Origin: Gnetum montanum
Lineage: Eukaryota > Plantae > Gnetophyta
Direction of reading: 5' to 3'
NCBI GenBank assembly: GCA_015680685.1
Contig: MNCI01000270.1
Span: 1,041,902-1,105,901 of the forward strand
DNA: 64,000 nt
The position numbers and the translations under genes were made by a program. Under the pieces are notes generated by a model, which was not told where the DNA came from, ran no database searches, and worked only from the letters and a program-made list of their open reading frames with translations. Shown here in pieces: positions 23,901 to 37,504 of the stretch (its first letter is position 1; each line of letters starts with the position of its first letter).

Positions 23901-26900
23901 GTTTAGCTGTAGGGGCTCTTGCTTGAAGTTATCAAGAATTTCAAACTGTCTCCAATAGGTATCATCATCTTCATCTAAGAGTTTGAAATGAAGTTATTTA
24001 ATTTTGTCCATGCCTTCAACATGAGCATATGTTAGGATCTTAGCTGGTTCCATGCATAATGTGCTACTATCTAAGTTAGCTATCAGCCACTAGCAACCCT
24101 TCTACTTTGTGGCTATTGTGTACAGACACTTTTGAATACTGATTTCTTATGCACACTAATTGCATGCTTTAATGTATGTACTTTTGATGGATCAAATCTT
24201 TTACATGCAATTGCACTTGTTATCACTATACATGATGCATGGAATACACTTCTTCTTAATCTTACCTAATTCATTTTCTTTGGAGATTTCTAGAGATAGG
24301 TCCCTTATGCCCATACATGTGTTGACTGTGCTTAACCAAGCTCTTCTCATAATGATGGGGAAGTTACTTTTGCAGTTTTCAACCCTGATCACTAGAAAAT
24401 TAGTAACATAAGACCACCCACAAACTATGGTCATAATGTCTACTAATCTAAGAGGGATAGTAATTGACTGATATGTCAATTCTAGATGGATGTTTCTCTT
24501 CTTGAGAGGTGATAGGTTCTAAGCCTTGTACATGTCATGGAAAATGAGATTAACTCTGAAACCAAAGTCAAGAAGAGCCTTGCATGGATCATGTCCAATA
24601 ATCTGAAGGTAAATAAGTGGACTTCCTAAGTCAAAGTTTTTCATGGAAAGATTACTAGCCTTAATCCAGTTAGAAATAGTGTGAGTTAGCATCATAGTGC
24701 AAATCCAAGGTAGCACTTCGTTTGAAGGGCATTCAAAGGTATTTGATGCAAAGGATGAGGGTATTGGAGATGTAGCATGATCAGCTACACTAAGTTTTGA
24801 GGGTTGGAGAGGATTGTTAGGTCAGAAGAAGGGTATTTTTCTAGATCAATTATCCAAACCACTTGGCTACAAATCTAGTTATGAATTTACAACCCTCATA
24901 GCATTTCATTGTTACAACTGTGGAGGAATATCACCCTACATGGATGGAGTAGAAGGTAACTAGGTTGAAGGTGGAAGTGTGTGTGCAAACAGATACAGAG
25001 GATGGTATGGATATGGGTCCTCCCCATGAGTAGATGGTGAATGTGTTTAGTGGTACTCCAGAGGATAATAGTGATGCTGAAATGAGGTATGACTTGTAGA
25101 ACTTCTTGGAGAGATAGGTTGCTAAACATAGTACCTGTATGGATCTGGTTTCCTATAATGGTACTGCTACCTTGGTGGTGGCATTCCCCATAATTTTGAT
25201 TGGTACCACTATTTGTACTATTCATAAGGCTGTGAAGGAGCTCCACTTGGGTAGTAAGCTTGTTGTCATTGGTGGAACTACCTTGGATTACCTTGAGGAT
25301 AAGGTAATTGTCTAGGTACTTACCTATGTGCTAGTCAATGATTTAATGCGTACATCCCAGACTCTTGTAAATGTGACACCATAGGGTAACATCCCTTTGG
25401 ATGTTCGTATTAATAGATGTCACAATTAGTTTCTTCATCAAAGTTGATTTCCACAACTTCCTCTACTACAGCAGCTTTTCCCTTACCTCTTTGGTAGGCA
25501 TGTTTAGCTTCTTTTCATTTTCAACGGTTATGATCACTATTTTTCTCTTTGGATTCTTTGGTGATCTTCATAGTGGTTTGAAATTTTTCTTCCAAAGAGT
25601 CCCATAACTTATCAACCTTTGTCGAAATGTCAAAAATTAATTTTTAGATGGGCAACGTTTTCTTGTTCACCACTTCATTGAAAAGTGACTCCTCCTCATT
25701 ACAAAATCAAACCTCCCATTTTCTAATGGAAGGGTCCCTATTATACTCTTTTTCACTTTCCCTTTTTCATAACTCACCTTCTTCTTTTGCTACCTACTCA
25801 ATTAGCCTTTGGATTTGATGTGCTCTTAGTTTAGATAATTTTCCTTGAGCATACACCACAAGGGTTCTTCTAGTTTCTGCTTTGATCCCATCTATGATGT
25901 GGTAAAGTTGTTTCCTCTAAGAATAACCATGGTCAAGTTATTGATGTAAGAGTAGATAGTATTTACCCATGGTGGTATCCAAGGGTTCATGTGTTCCCTA
26001 TTTTCAACCTTGGATTTTCCTTCTTAGATGAGACACTCTAGAGTACATTTGGTATTTATCATTAAATAGCTCTAACATGGTACTCCATTGGTGAATAAAT
26101 TCTAGCTCCAAAAATCAATACCAACTTTTAGCTTCTTTGATGAGTGTCCTGGGGAAACGCTTGAGTTCCTAACATTCATTTTCTATGTTTTGTAAGGCAC
26201 AAGCATCATGGAAAGCTTGTAGATGTGTCTATGGATTAGAATTGTATCCCCCCTCAAATCTTGAGATATTGTTCACGTATAAGTGCTTGATTTCACTACC
26301 TTTCATATGCCTAGTTGGAATTCTAATTGCCTCTACAATGTTGAGCATACTTCAAGTCGATAATAGAGATTCATCATCATCACTACGTTGATGACACCGA
26401 TGATGGTTTCAAGCACCCCTTCATTCTTGGTGACCTTTTTAGTCATTGTTATCTCATTGATCACTTTCATCATGATTATTTTGATGGTAGCTTCTATGAG
26501 AACCATCAGATGAAGAGGAATGTATAGAATTGGATGAAGAGGAATGTATAGAATTGGATGAAGAGGAAGGTGGACCACCATCGCCACTGCGGTGTCCACC
26601 ATCACTTTTTTACTTATTACAATCAACATCCTTAGATTCCTTGCCATTGTGATGCTTACCCAAGTCCCTACCTTGGCTGTCATTTTTTTCTAAACCAAGT
26701 TTATGAATAGTGGAGCGAAGGTTTAGGGTCACACCCTCATCACCAGTAATAAGGGGTGGATAATCTTCATGTTGAGAAATTTCAAAGGAAGGATCCTCAT
26801 TGTCATCTTGATCTAGTAGGAATAAGGGAATAGTGAAATGTTTCACCTTCATAGCCTCATGGAGCTTCTCATGATGTCAATCTCTCTTGCGTTGTGTTTT

Positions 26901-27100
26901 AGAGGGATAGTAGTTCCTAGTATCATAACCATTCACAACATATTCTTCATGAAGATCTACGATGTCCAACTTCTTAAGGGTTTGAAAAAACATCCTACGC
27001 ACATATTGATTGGGGGGCAAGACGATGTTGCCCTCCATATCATGCCATCAAATCTATTCATCTTGATGTAGGATGAAGGTGAAGTCTAATACATACTTAT
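20985..27100 (-). pseudogene. gag-pol: Athila-like gag-pol (heavily disrupted; ends approximate)
   Basis: gag ..THLQAFHDA..FPRTL..EAKSWY (~26000-26260). PR ALLDFGFRVNL (~24550). RT SEWVSPLIIV, FLDGYSGYNQIQIAPED. RH 22510-22850. INT PYHP*ANG*VEV, ending VNIQQVKPFLE. Confidence 0.85.
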
Positions 27101-27313
27101 CCAGATGAGTATATACCACTTTGCACTCCTGTGGGATCAACGGTTTGACATCTTCACATTTGTAAGAAGAAGACATTTTGTAAAAGAAAAAAAAATTATC
27201 AATGTGCTTTTATAATTCTATGTATAGCAGGAATGATATTAACCTTGAGGTTTATACAAAAATATTAATGGTATTCACTTAAACCTAAATAGCACACATT
27301 TCAACAAACAAAG

Positions 27314-27331
27314 TCCCCAGCAACAATGCCA
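27314..27331 (-). promoter_or_regulatory. Primer binding site, tRNA-Asp (Athila-like)
   Basis: TCCCCAGCAACAATGCCA vs tRNA-Asp 3' end TCCCCGGCAACGGCGCCA (14/18, all transitions). Confidence 0.8.
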
Positions 27332-27335
27332 ATTA

Positions 27336-28300
27336 TGAGTGGCAAGGTACCCCTATGCCCAACCATACGAATCACAAAGAATTCGTGTGTGATTTGGTCA
27401 AATTCTATGGACTTTGTAGTTTCTAGTGCACTAGAATTCTAGGAAGTGAATCTTTGCCTTAAGATTAATGATTATCTTTCTAAATACACTTGTGATGTAC
27501 ACTGGTATGGTTAAGTGTAATTGAGGCATTTTCTTTTTATCATTTTATATTTTATGGTCTGGTATTCAAAGGGAGATAAAAGTGATTGGATTAACTAATT
27601 TAAATTAACTACTTAACTAGTGTCTAACTGGTCCTAACATAAGCATCTAGTCCCACTTTCTACACACATCTTGAACCCCCATATCCACTACTAGGTGACT
27701 AAGCACTATGCTATTAAATGTACCAAGCGATAATGCAACTGGGATTACCATGTGAATACATGTTATGCTTGAATTGGTCATACTTATGTGTTTAATCTAT
27801 CTTGCTTAATTGCTTCATTAACTTAATTATTGGAAACATTTAATAAATAATTGAAAGCTTTGAATAAATAATTGAAAACATTAAATACATAAACAAAATA
27901 TTTAATCTATCCAAAGTGTTGCAAGGTTTATTAGAAAGCTCATCTTTATTATCACATACATTGTCATGCTTAGGTACAACAATGCTTAAATAAAGATCCA
28001 TACACTCAGTGACTCCTACTGCAAGCACTTGGGAGAAAAATTCTAACTTTTAAATGAACAAACTATAATAGCTTCACTGCTACTAAAATCTCTATTTCCA
28101 TAAATGTGGCTAGTAGACACATATTTATAGCCAAAAAAAACACTATGTCAATGGGGCCTTATCAACACATGATACGATGCGTCGATGAGGCCTCGTTGAC
28201 ACAGCCAACCAAACTACAGCTCATTAATGTGCATAACACGTTATTTTTAGAAAAGGAAAAATGTATGTTACATAATACGTAACATATGTAATATATATAT
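27336..28300 (-). repeat. 5' LTR of the Athila-like element (distal boundary uncertain)
   Basis: Starts at TGA 4 nt from the PBS; minus-strand TATA at ~28122-28130; AT-rich. Confidence 0.55.
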
Positions 28301-29623
28301 TATGAATATATCTTTTTCCAATATTTTTGCAAAATCACTTCCCATTACGTTTTTCCAAAAAAAAAATGTTTTTTTGCCATTTTTTCTTCATTTTGAAGAT
28401 GATTTAACCTCGGTTTCTTTTGCTCTTCCTCTTATAAATAAGTGGTAGCCTTAGATACATCTCATCATAGTTTGTAGAAGGTTTTCAAATGTGTAAGTTA
28501 AGCAAAGCAAACACAAATTGAGAGTGTTAGGTAGAAAAGGAAGCCACTAAGAGAATTGTGGAAGCTCTACTAGTATAAATAAGAAAGATTATTTTAATTT
28601 TCCTTTCATATGTTATCCTATTTTGTTGTGGATTTCCTATTCCTCCTCTTTTCTTTCTACTTGTCTTCAATGATTTTAATTATTATGCTAAGATTTTGAT
28701 GGATTTTTATCATTTTGGATTATTTTTTTTGGTATTTTAATTATGTTTGATCCCTCTTTCTATCTTTTGATGAATTTCTAAAATTTTGGGAACTTTGCCC
28801 AACATGCTATGAATATTTTGGAACTGCTCAAAGAATAAGCATGATTTTGTAAGACTTTTGTATAATTTTGGTTGCCATGGATTTGGCTATTGTGAAATTA
28901 TTTGGATTTAAGAATCAAATAATAATATTTTTATGACCATTTCTACTCAATTGGCAGTGGAAGCCGTGAATTTTGTAGATGCCCCCATCTACATGCATAG
29001 TGGTGTGTTCTTTAGTGGTACCCATCCTATGGGAAAAGGAGTTGTTGGATGGATTTCCTACCTTGGATTTTGATTTATAAGTTTATGTAAGGCTATGGAT
29101 TTAATTGAAAACATGGCATTGAGTAGTTGAGTCTAGTGGAATTGTGGTGAGGCATAGTCAAGACCTATCCTTTCAATGATATGTGTGCCTTGGCACATGA
29201 GGATGTTAGTAGTGAGGCTATCTCCATGACCTAACCATGAGTGACTTATTTAGGATCACAAGGATAATTTGATAATAGTAGTAAGGTTATTTTAAGAGCT
29301 ATCAGTACATTCTTTTGGTAGTGAGGGTAACCAAGACCTAGCCTTCAGAGATGCTTGGTTAAAGTACACATTCTTTGAATTTTTGCTCAACAAATTTATG
29401 ATATTGTTAAACATCAAAATAATTTTAAGGATAATTTGATGGTAGTAGTGAGGTTATCCTAAGATCTTATGGTTGCTATTGGCAATGAGGGTAACCAAGA
29501 CCTAGCCTTCAGAAATTCCTAGATAAAATATACACTCTTTTAGAATTTTGAACTTCCTTTGGATTTTGGATTTCTTTTGGATTTTATATTTCCTTTGGAT
29601 TTTGGAAAATTGTGGCCATTATG
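28300..29623 (+). repeat. LTR-like fragment of another family with an internal ~167-bp-period direct repeat
   Basis: TATA CTTATAAATA at ~28431; duplicated GGATAATTTGAT...TGAGGGTAACCAAGACCTAGCCTTCAGA at ~29262 and ~29429. Confidence 0.45.
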
Positions 29624-30538
29624 TGTAACAATAAAAAACATCAATGCCTAGAACACTGAGGTCCACGAGCACATAGTCCAAACCCAAATCCACATGAAGG
29701 GCCTATTGGAAGTGAAGACAAGGTGCCCTAGATGGTTTGGCCAATCGAACATGGACTTACCAAATGAAACAAGGTACAGCATGGTCAACCATGGTGCTAA
29801 CACAAAGTGATACCAGGGTGTAGGCAGTGTTTGCAACATCCATGATGTTAAAGGTTTTGAGCATAGTTAGAGGCCTGAGGGAGGTGAGCATAGTCAAGAA
29901 CAATTTCCAATGACCTTCACTACACTTGCTGAAGGTGAGTTGATTGCATTCTAGAGATAAACTGGGTGTCATTGCTATGTTGTGAAGGTCATTGGAGATT
30001 GTTCTTGTTGTCTACACTCTCCACTACAGACTAACTACACTCTAGTTTTGGGGAGAGTGTAGTCTCAATGCTGAGCAAATTTAAGCAAAATAAGTCTCTT
30101 GCATACTACACTCTCTATAGGAGGCTAACCACACTCTCGACTGGGGATGAGTGTAGTCTCAAGCCTTGTCAAAACTTATGAAAACCTAGTCTTTTGCTAA
30201 CTATTCTCTCCACTAGAGGCTAACTATGCTCTATGGAAATGGATATTGTAGTCTCAGTAGTTAGAAAAGTTTACTACAACTTGCTTTGTGTTGACACTTA
30301 GAAAAAATTGCAAAACTAGCCTTCGTGTTAACTATGCTCTCCACAAGAGGTTGACTATGCTCTAGGGCAATGGAAAACATAGTTCCAACACTTAGAAACA
30401 TTTTCAAAACTTGGCCTCCTATGCTAACCATGTTCTCCACTAGAGGTTGACTACGCTCTGGGGCAATGGAAAGCATAGTTCCAACAATTAAAAAAATTTG
30501 TAGCTAGGATGTTGTAGTCTAGATTTGATGGTGTTTCA
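29624..30538 (-). repeat. T2 3' LTR (915 bp, probably internally deleted) with ACTACGCTC-type subrepeats
   Basis: Family termini; ~60-90-bp repeats at 30010-30490. Confidence 0.8.
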
Positions 30539-31644
30539 TTGGTCCTCTTTAGTAATGTCTAGAGGAGTGGCCTGAGGGACATCGACAATTAACAACAAAA
30601 CACCATAGCAAGCTTGGCACCAACATCACACTTCAATGCATGGTTGGATGTCACTGCACCATGTGTAAGAATGCTATGGAGAGTGGTATGCTTGATGGAA
30701 AGTGAGAGGCAAGAGTAAAAGTTGTAGGTGATGTGTTGATGATTAAAGGGAGTATGAAGTGAAAATAGGATGTTATAATGCAAGGACTTCATGGTTGATA
30801 GTGACCATGACACCAAAGGGATTTTCCCTTGCAAATGTTAACCTCTTGTCGAGGTGCTTGTGAGAGAGTTAGGGTGTAGGTTTAAGGCTGGTTCAACTAG
30901 GAATTACTTTGTTTTTGGGTTGTGCTTTTTCCCTTTGAACTTTTTTTTTTGTGAGTTGAACCTTATTTGGGATCTACACATTACTAAATTCTTGTTGCAA
31001 GGTCCTTCCCATCCAATGGGTTATGTGTCACTAGATGGAATTTGCACTGGAATGTGTCTACACAATAGATGTTTTCTCCTTAGGATGACTTATGTTGCAT
31101 TTACCTAGGCTTTTACTAACTAACAGAGGTTTCCCATGGGATGAATTATGTTACGTCCACTTTGAAAGCTAAAATTTGATGTGAGGTGTGAAGAGGATGC
31201 CATGTGGTCATATCACATGAGCATTAAAAAGTTTTGCAATCTTTGCTATGTGGGAAATAAGAGGGTATTGAGATGTAGGAGTATATGTGAGTATGCTATA
31301 ATGGGAAAATGGGGATGTGCACTCTTGAGAGGCTTAACTAGTCTATTCATGGACATTGGAGTGATGTGACAACTTAGTGTTGTGATGAGATGCAGCTTTG
31401 CATGATTGCCTAGTGCTTCGTTCTACAAACACAACTCCAAGAAGACAAAAAAGTGATAAAAAATATAAATGCAAATAGACTGTAGATGGTATAATGTAGA
31501 AGGCCACATCAGCAACATAGGTTGCATAGATTGCAAGTTCTTTATTCTAGAACTATAGTGTGCTTGCTCACTTGGTGTAGAAGGAGGACAAGGGTTATGC
31601 TCACTCACTTGCTTATCGAAGGATGGAAAAAGTTATTAATGCAA

Positions 31645-31995
31645 ACCTAATTTAAGGTCTTAGAAAATCATGGCTTGGCTAGTTTAAGATCCTGGTAGAC
31701 TGTTAGGTGCAATTTAAGGTTCTGATAAACTATGTTGTACTATATAGTCCTATCAAACACGTTGTGCCAATTTAATGTCATGGCAGACATGTTGTGCCAC
31801 TTTATAGTCACAGTGGACTACTTGTTTTAAAGTCATGGTGCATTGGTTGTGCTAGTTTATGGTCATAGCATACTGTTGGAATAGTTTATAGTAATAGTGG
31901 ATATTCTATGCTAGTTTAGCATTGTATCAGATGCTCTGTGCTAGTTTATAGTCATAGCAAATTGCTATGCAAGTTTACCATCATAGCAAACAAAT
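31645..31995. repeat. T2 3' UTR tandem array (~28-30 bp units, TGTGC(C/T)AGTTTA..GTCATAGC)
   Basis: Same position and motif as the T1 array at 3870-4384. Confidence 0.8.
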
Positions 31996-32030
31996 GCTTA
32001 CCTTACTTTATTAACGTGTGGTGCTACATG

Positions 32031-35000
32031 CTAGATATAGTACAACTTCAAGTACGAATGGTTTACTAAATTGGAAAAATGATTTTCATCTTCATTAGCA
32101 AGCTTGAATGCTCCATTTTTGTATGCCTTAGTTACCAAGAAAGGCCCTTCCCAGTTGGTTGAGAATTTATCTACAAGTTCACAAACAACCTTGATGACTA
32201 GGTCCCCTTTCCTGATTAGGTGCTAATGCTGGTTGTGATGATCCTTTTGCCATTATTTTTCTTGGTACCACTTGATGTGATCAAGCATACGCATGCACTC
32301 CTCCTCTATTAAGTTAAGGTCTATGGTTCTCAACCAGTTGTTTTAACCTTCATTAATGGAGTTCAAGAGGATTACCCAGAGTGATGGAACCTGCAATTCA
32401 AGTGGAAAAATTTCTTTAGATCCATAAATGAGGCTATAATGCATCATAACTATTGATGTTTGATGCATTTTGTTGTAGGCCCACTCGATGTGTTGTGTTG
32501 GGGGCCACCAACAAGGTCATCATCAACCTTCTCTTACCTCAGGGTAGTATGGTGGTGAGAAGGAGTGTTTCATGTGAAAGTGCCCACAAAAGACTTTGGT
32601 TTTGGTGCTACTAAACTACGGTCCATTACCTATCACTATGGTCATGGGCAACCTAAATGGGTCACTATGTTATCTAACACAAACTTGCAAACCTACTATG
32701 ATGTTGTCTTCCTAAGGGAAATGGCTTTGACCCACTTGGTGAAATATTCTATTGTGATTATTCTGAAGCTATGCCCTGTGGAGGACTTAGGCATTATAGG
32801 TCCAATGATGTTTAGGCCCTAACATTGGAATGACCATGTGATTTGTGTTGTATGCAATTCAGTCGGTGGTACATGCATTAAGTTGCCATGTCATTGATAA
32901 ATGTTGCACATCTTGAATTTCAAGATGCAACTACTTTCCATGTAAGGCCATTAGTGGCCTAGCCATCTAATTATTCTTGTCATTTCCCCATGTGCTATGT
33001 GACCTCTACACAACCCTTCATGGACTTTATCAATGATTATTTTTGCTTCATTTTCACTTACGCAAGTTAATAGTATGTCATCATAGGATTTGTGACAAAA
33101 TGTGTTATCACCTACAATAATGTACTACCATGAACATTTATGTACTACATCTTTTTGAGTAGTAGTTAAGTGTTGTGAAGCCTTACCTTGTAGAAGGTAT
33201 GCCTTGATATCATTGTACCACTCTTTTGTGTGGGTGGTGCTAATTGTGGCTATGGATGCATCTTTGATGCTTCATGTGATAGGTGCAATGCAATCTGCCA
33301 ACAAGGTGGGAAATGCATTGACGATGCTAGGCACTATGCTAAGGGCTAATGTTGCAAGTGCGTCAACAATGGCATTTTCATTTCAAGGGACATGTTGGAC
33401 ATCAACAATTGCAAAGCATTGGAGCAAGTGTTTTGCTAGGTCATAGTAAGGCTATAAATGTTGTGCTTTATAGGCATAGACTTCTATTACCTGATTGACC
33501 ATTAGTTATGAGTCACCTTGAATCACTATGCATTGGATCCCTAGATTGCATGCTACAAGGATGCCTTAGAGGAGACCTTCGTACTCCACTACATTGTTGG
33601 TGCAAGGAAATGTTAAACGATGTGCAAAAGATCAAATCTCCCCAGAGGTAAACATGATAATAGCAGCAACACTACCCCCTTAATAGGTTTAAGCTTTTTT
33701 GAAATGTAGGAGTGCCTCATAGTTGTCAATCACTTGGCTAATATTGCTAATGTGCTCATCCAAGAACTCAAGATCTATAGTAGCTTAATCGTCTACTATT
33801 GAAGCTATGAGTTGTGTGGCTATTGCTTGACCTTTCGTTGAGAATTGCATGACATAATGCAAGTCAAATTTCACTGCTATTACTTTACATCATGCAATGT
33901 GACTACTTTCATAGATATTCATTGTTATAGCTTGAAGTACTTTGCTCTTGCAAATGATGTTAACCTAGTTGTAGAAGATGTAATGCATCCACTTCTTTAG
34001 TAAGAAGAAAATGGAAAGGCAATACTTCTCCACATAATTGTATCTTGTTTCATGGGCTATTAATGCATGACATAGATAGTAAACCTGGACCTCTATGCTA
34101 TAATCTCACTTTTGGCAAAGGAAAGAAGTGATGAACATGTCAGAAGTAGCAAGGTAGATGTAAAAATTCTTATCTCCTTGCGGAGGATGAACTATAGGTA
34201 GTTGTGCTAACTCTTGCTTAATGTTGTCAAACACTTGTTGGCATTGAGTGATCCACTCAAAGTGGGCTCATTTCTTGAGAAAATGTTGCATTGGTTGTAG
34301 CTTGTTAGTTAACTGGGTGATAAACCTACATATGAATTTTATTCTACCTTGCAACCCTCATAGCTCCTTAAGGTTAGCAAGTGGCGCTAAATTCGTTATG
34401 GCCTTAACCTTGTTGGGATCTATGCATATGCCTACTTTGGATATTACAAGGCTACGCATCCTACCCATTCTAATGCTAAAAACACATTTCTTGGAGTTTA
34501 GCTGAAGCTCATGTTTTAGGCAATGTTTAAGTACTAAGTCATTTGTATGGTTTTGGTCCACCTTGGACTTAACTACAATATCATCTACATAGTCATTGAG
34601 CACACTCAGCATGTAATCACTAAAGATATATGTCATTGCACATTGGTATGTTGATTCTATGTTCTTGAGTCCAAAAGGCATCCTTGTGTAGCAAAACATA
34701 CCCCAAGGGGTCATAAAGGTTGTACTAATCTAGTGCTTAGGGTTGATCCTAATATGGTTGTAGCCCAAGAACCCATCCATGAAGGATAATAAGGCATGTT
34801 CAATGGTGTTATTGATCAATTGATTAATACTAGGCAACGAGAAATCATCTTTGATGGTTGCCTTGTTTAGGTCTTGAAAGTTTATGCAAATATGTATACT
34901 CCCATTTTTCTTAGGACAACTATGATGTTGAAGACCTAGTTTGCATAGTCAATAACCTAGATGAAACTAGCTTTGTAAAGCTTGGTGATCTCATCACAGA

Positions 35001-35452
35001 CTACCAATACCACCTCAAGTTTGACATTGATGCTTTTTGTTTAACTGGTTTGATGCAAGGATCCAGGATGATGTTGTGCTAGACTAGCCAAGGATCGAGG
35101 TCAGCATGTCCTAATATGAAAATGCAAATGCTTTGATGTTATTGTTAAGAACTCTAACAATGTTTTGAGCTTACTAGGGTTCTAGCAAAGAGCTTAGTTT
35201 CAGCATTCTCACATCATCGCTATGTGTTGTCATAGGGATTTCAATAAGGTAATTCTCTATGACATTCCCTACCTCTAGGTCAAGGTCCTTAACTAGATAG
35301 TTGGGCTAGTCTAGTGGTGCCTCTTTAGATGCTATGTATTCACTATAGGTTGTAGGCTCGAGGTTTAGGTAATGAGGATCAATGCATTACTTACTATTGC
35401 CATGAGGCCCAATGAGAACCAAAGGTGAGAAGATCTTCTCCTACATAGCCAT
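32031..35452 (-). pseudogene. pol: T2 pol (RT-RH-aRH-INT), degenerate
   Basis: MPFGLKN, DYVDDIVVKS, aRH CTNNVVEYEGLL, GDS*LMVNQV, INT FTKWVKA, NWEGPF. Confidence 0.92.
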
Positions 35453-35949
35453 GTCATGTTCTTGCAAAAATAAACAAATAAACTAGAAAATTATCAAGTG
35501 GTACCTATTTGACCAAGTTAATGTGCACGAATGAGAGAAAGCAATCAAATAAAATTTTCCTAAGTATACACATAGATAGCAATTGGGGGTAAGCATGTTT
35601 GTGCCAGTTTTAAGTCTTAGCAGACCATATGCATGCTACTTTTAGGTCTTAGTAGACTAAGAACATGCCAAACATGTCATTTTGGGGAGGGCACATCATG
35701 TTCGAGGGGGTGGAATGGACTTGGACATTTGCAAGGTAATGAAAAATCATGGTTTTGGGCTAAGTATGATTGACTACGCTCTCACCCAACTATGTTCTTC
35801 ACTACATGTTCAACGGTGAAAGTAGTCTAGGGTTAGTGGGCATTAAATAACCCTAGAAAGGTATATAAGTAGATTTTATCTTTGGCACTTGTCATTTTTC
35901 TTGTTTCAAATGTGATGTTGAGAGCATAGTTTGTTGCTGCTTCTACCTT

Positions 35950-36049
35950 CTACATTGAAGCACATGCATCCACCTAGGATTGGTAAGCATTGTTGAAGGG
36001 AAGAGAGCACTAGATTGCTTGCCAAAGACACACATGGAGGAGAGGAGGT
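35950..36049 (+). pseudogene. Partial exon 1 of the T2 antisense gene, cut by an LTR insertion
   Basis: GLVSIVEGKRALDCLPKTHMEE vs T1 GLANVNEGEYSLQHLPRACVEE; follows the TATA at ~35863. Confidence 0.6.
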
Positions 36050-37504
36050 TGAAACACCACTAAATTTGAGTTCCCAGGTCTCACTTGAAGATTTGGCTAA
36101 GTGTCAAAACTTAGCAAATTTTTTCTAAGTGTTGAGACTACACTCCCACTATTGGGACTATGCTCCAAAGCATAATCAACATAGTTGACACTAATAGTCT
36201 AGATCTACAAAAATTTTCTAAGTGTCAATAGTAGCTACAAATTTTTCTAAGTGTTCTAGCTACGCTCACCCTACTAGGACTATGTCCTAAAGTGTAGTTA
36301 GCATAGTCAGCCTTGGCATACCTAGTCTTGAAAATTTTCTTAAGTGTCAAGCTAGAGTTTGCAAGATTGGGTTGGCATGGAAGAAATAGTTTGGTATATT
36401 TTCTAACTCCTAAGCCTATGCTCCCTACTATGCTCCAAAGCATAGTTAGCATAGTCTACATGAGCATGCCATCTTTGCTAGATTTTTCCAAGTGTTAGGG
36501 CTATGCTCTCACCTCTTGGACTATGCTCTAGATCATAGTTAGTGTATCCTACACTGAGCCTCATTTTCTTACAAGATTTGCCTAACTCCTAGGAATATGC
36601 TCTAGAGCATAGTCAGTGTAGTCTATTAGAACTACCTCTAGAAGCCTCTAGAACTTAGCACCAGCCTACATCTTAACTCCAACATTCCTTCAACAAGCAA
36701 GATCAGGAATTTTTATCCCTTTTGCACTCTCCCATTTGCCCCAAATTGTACCTACACTCGACACCACTTGAGAGAGTGGATAGCATAGTCCTAGAGCATA
36801 GTCTCCAAAATATACTATTTTTAGGTACATTGCAGTTTTTTCAACATTTGTACATGTAGTGTTAGTAGTGTAGTCACAATTTGGCAGTCTCATAGGGTCC
36901 ATTGGAGCACACTAGCATAACACCATTTTGCTTCAATGGGAGAGTAGTTGGGGCTAACATAGTCTCAGCTACCCCTCTGCCATGTGGTGCCCAATCCATG
37001 GTTCATACTATCCCTAGGCCTATAAATACCCTAGTGCTTCACATTTTAGGTGCTGACATTTTGAAGCAATTAATGAGAAAACTTACATTTTCAGCACCCT
37101 TGCACCCAAGCACACTTGGCATTTTTGGTGAACTTTGGAACACCATTGGACACTATTGCACACCACCACAGTACCATTGTACACTGCCTAGTGCACCATA
37201 CACCATCGTAGCTCATAGGACACCACAGCAGCCAACCTAGTAGGCCCAAACTTCATGGTGGACATTAGTTCTCTACAACCAAACATCCTAAGACTATGAC
37301 TATGCTACCTACTACACCTGTTTGTATACTATGTACCTCCAAAATGTTTCTTTATAGTTGACTACACTCTCTCCATTTGGGGTGGTGCCATTCTCTCTCT
37401 TACTTGCATTTTGTGCATTTTTGAATTTTCTTTCGCATTTTAGCATTCTATTTGTATTTTTCATCATTTAAGAACATACTCGCACATTCATACCCTCATT
37501 TCAT
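36050..37504 (+). repeat. Plus-orientation Tat-like LTR (3'-truncated), probably the 5' LTR of T4
   Basis: Begins TGAAACACCA (family LTR start); CTA(C/T)GCTC subrepeats; TATA CTATAAATACC at ~37020. Confidence 0.8.

Larger units (their letters stand above)
20528..28300 (-). mobile_element. Athila-like Ty3/gypsy element (degenerate; 3' end displaced; LTR boundary approximate)
   Basis: gag-PR-RT-RH-INT without aRH; tRNA-Asp PBS; RT VEIFMDEFF; RH YTTMEKELM..YTLEKFRHY. Confidence 0.85.
29624..36049 (-). mobile_element. Tat-like copy T2 (second subfamily): 3'LTR, PPT, 3'UTR, pol and the start of the antisense gene
   Basis: LTR 29624-30538 (TGTAAC...TGATGGTGTTTCA), PPT 30539-30553, pol colinear with T1. 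Confidence 0.88.

Noticed and set aside
26507-26570. 24-bp x2.5 repeat in Athila gag
   Set aside because: Ordinary in-frame low-complexity expansion.
20508-29643. TGATGTTTT...AAAACATCA as terminal inverted repeats of one element
   Set aside because: Both are U5 ends of separate Tat-like LTRs in opposite orientation.
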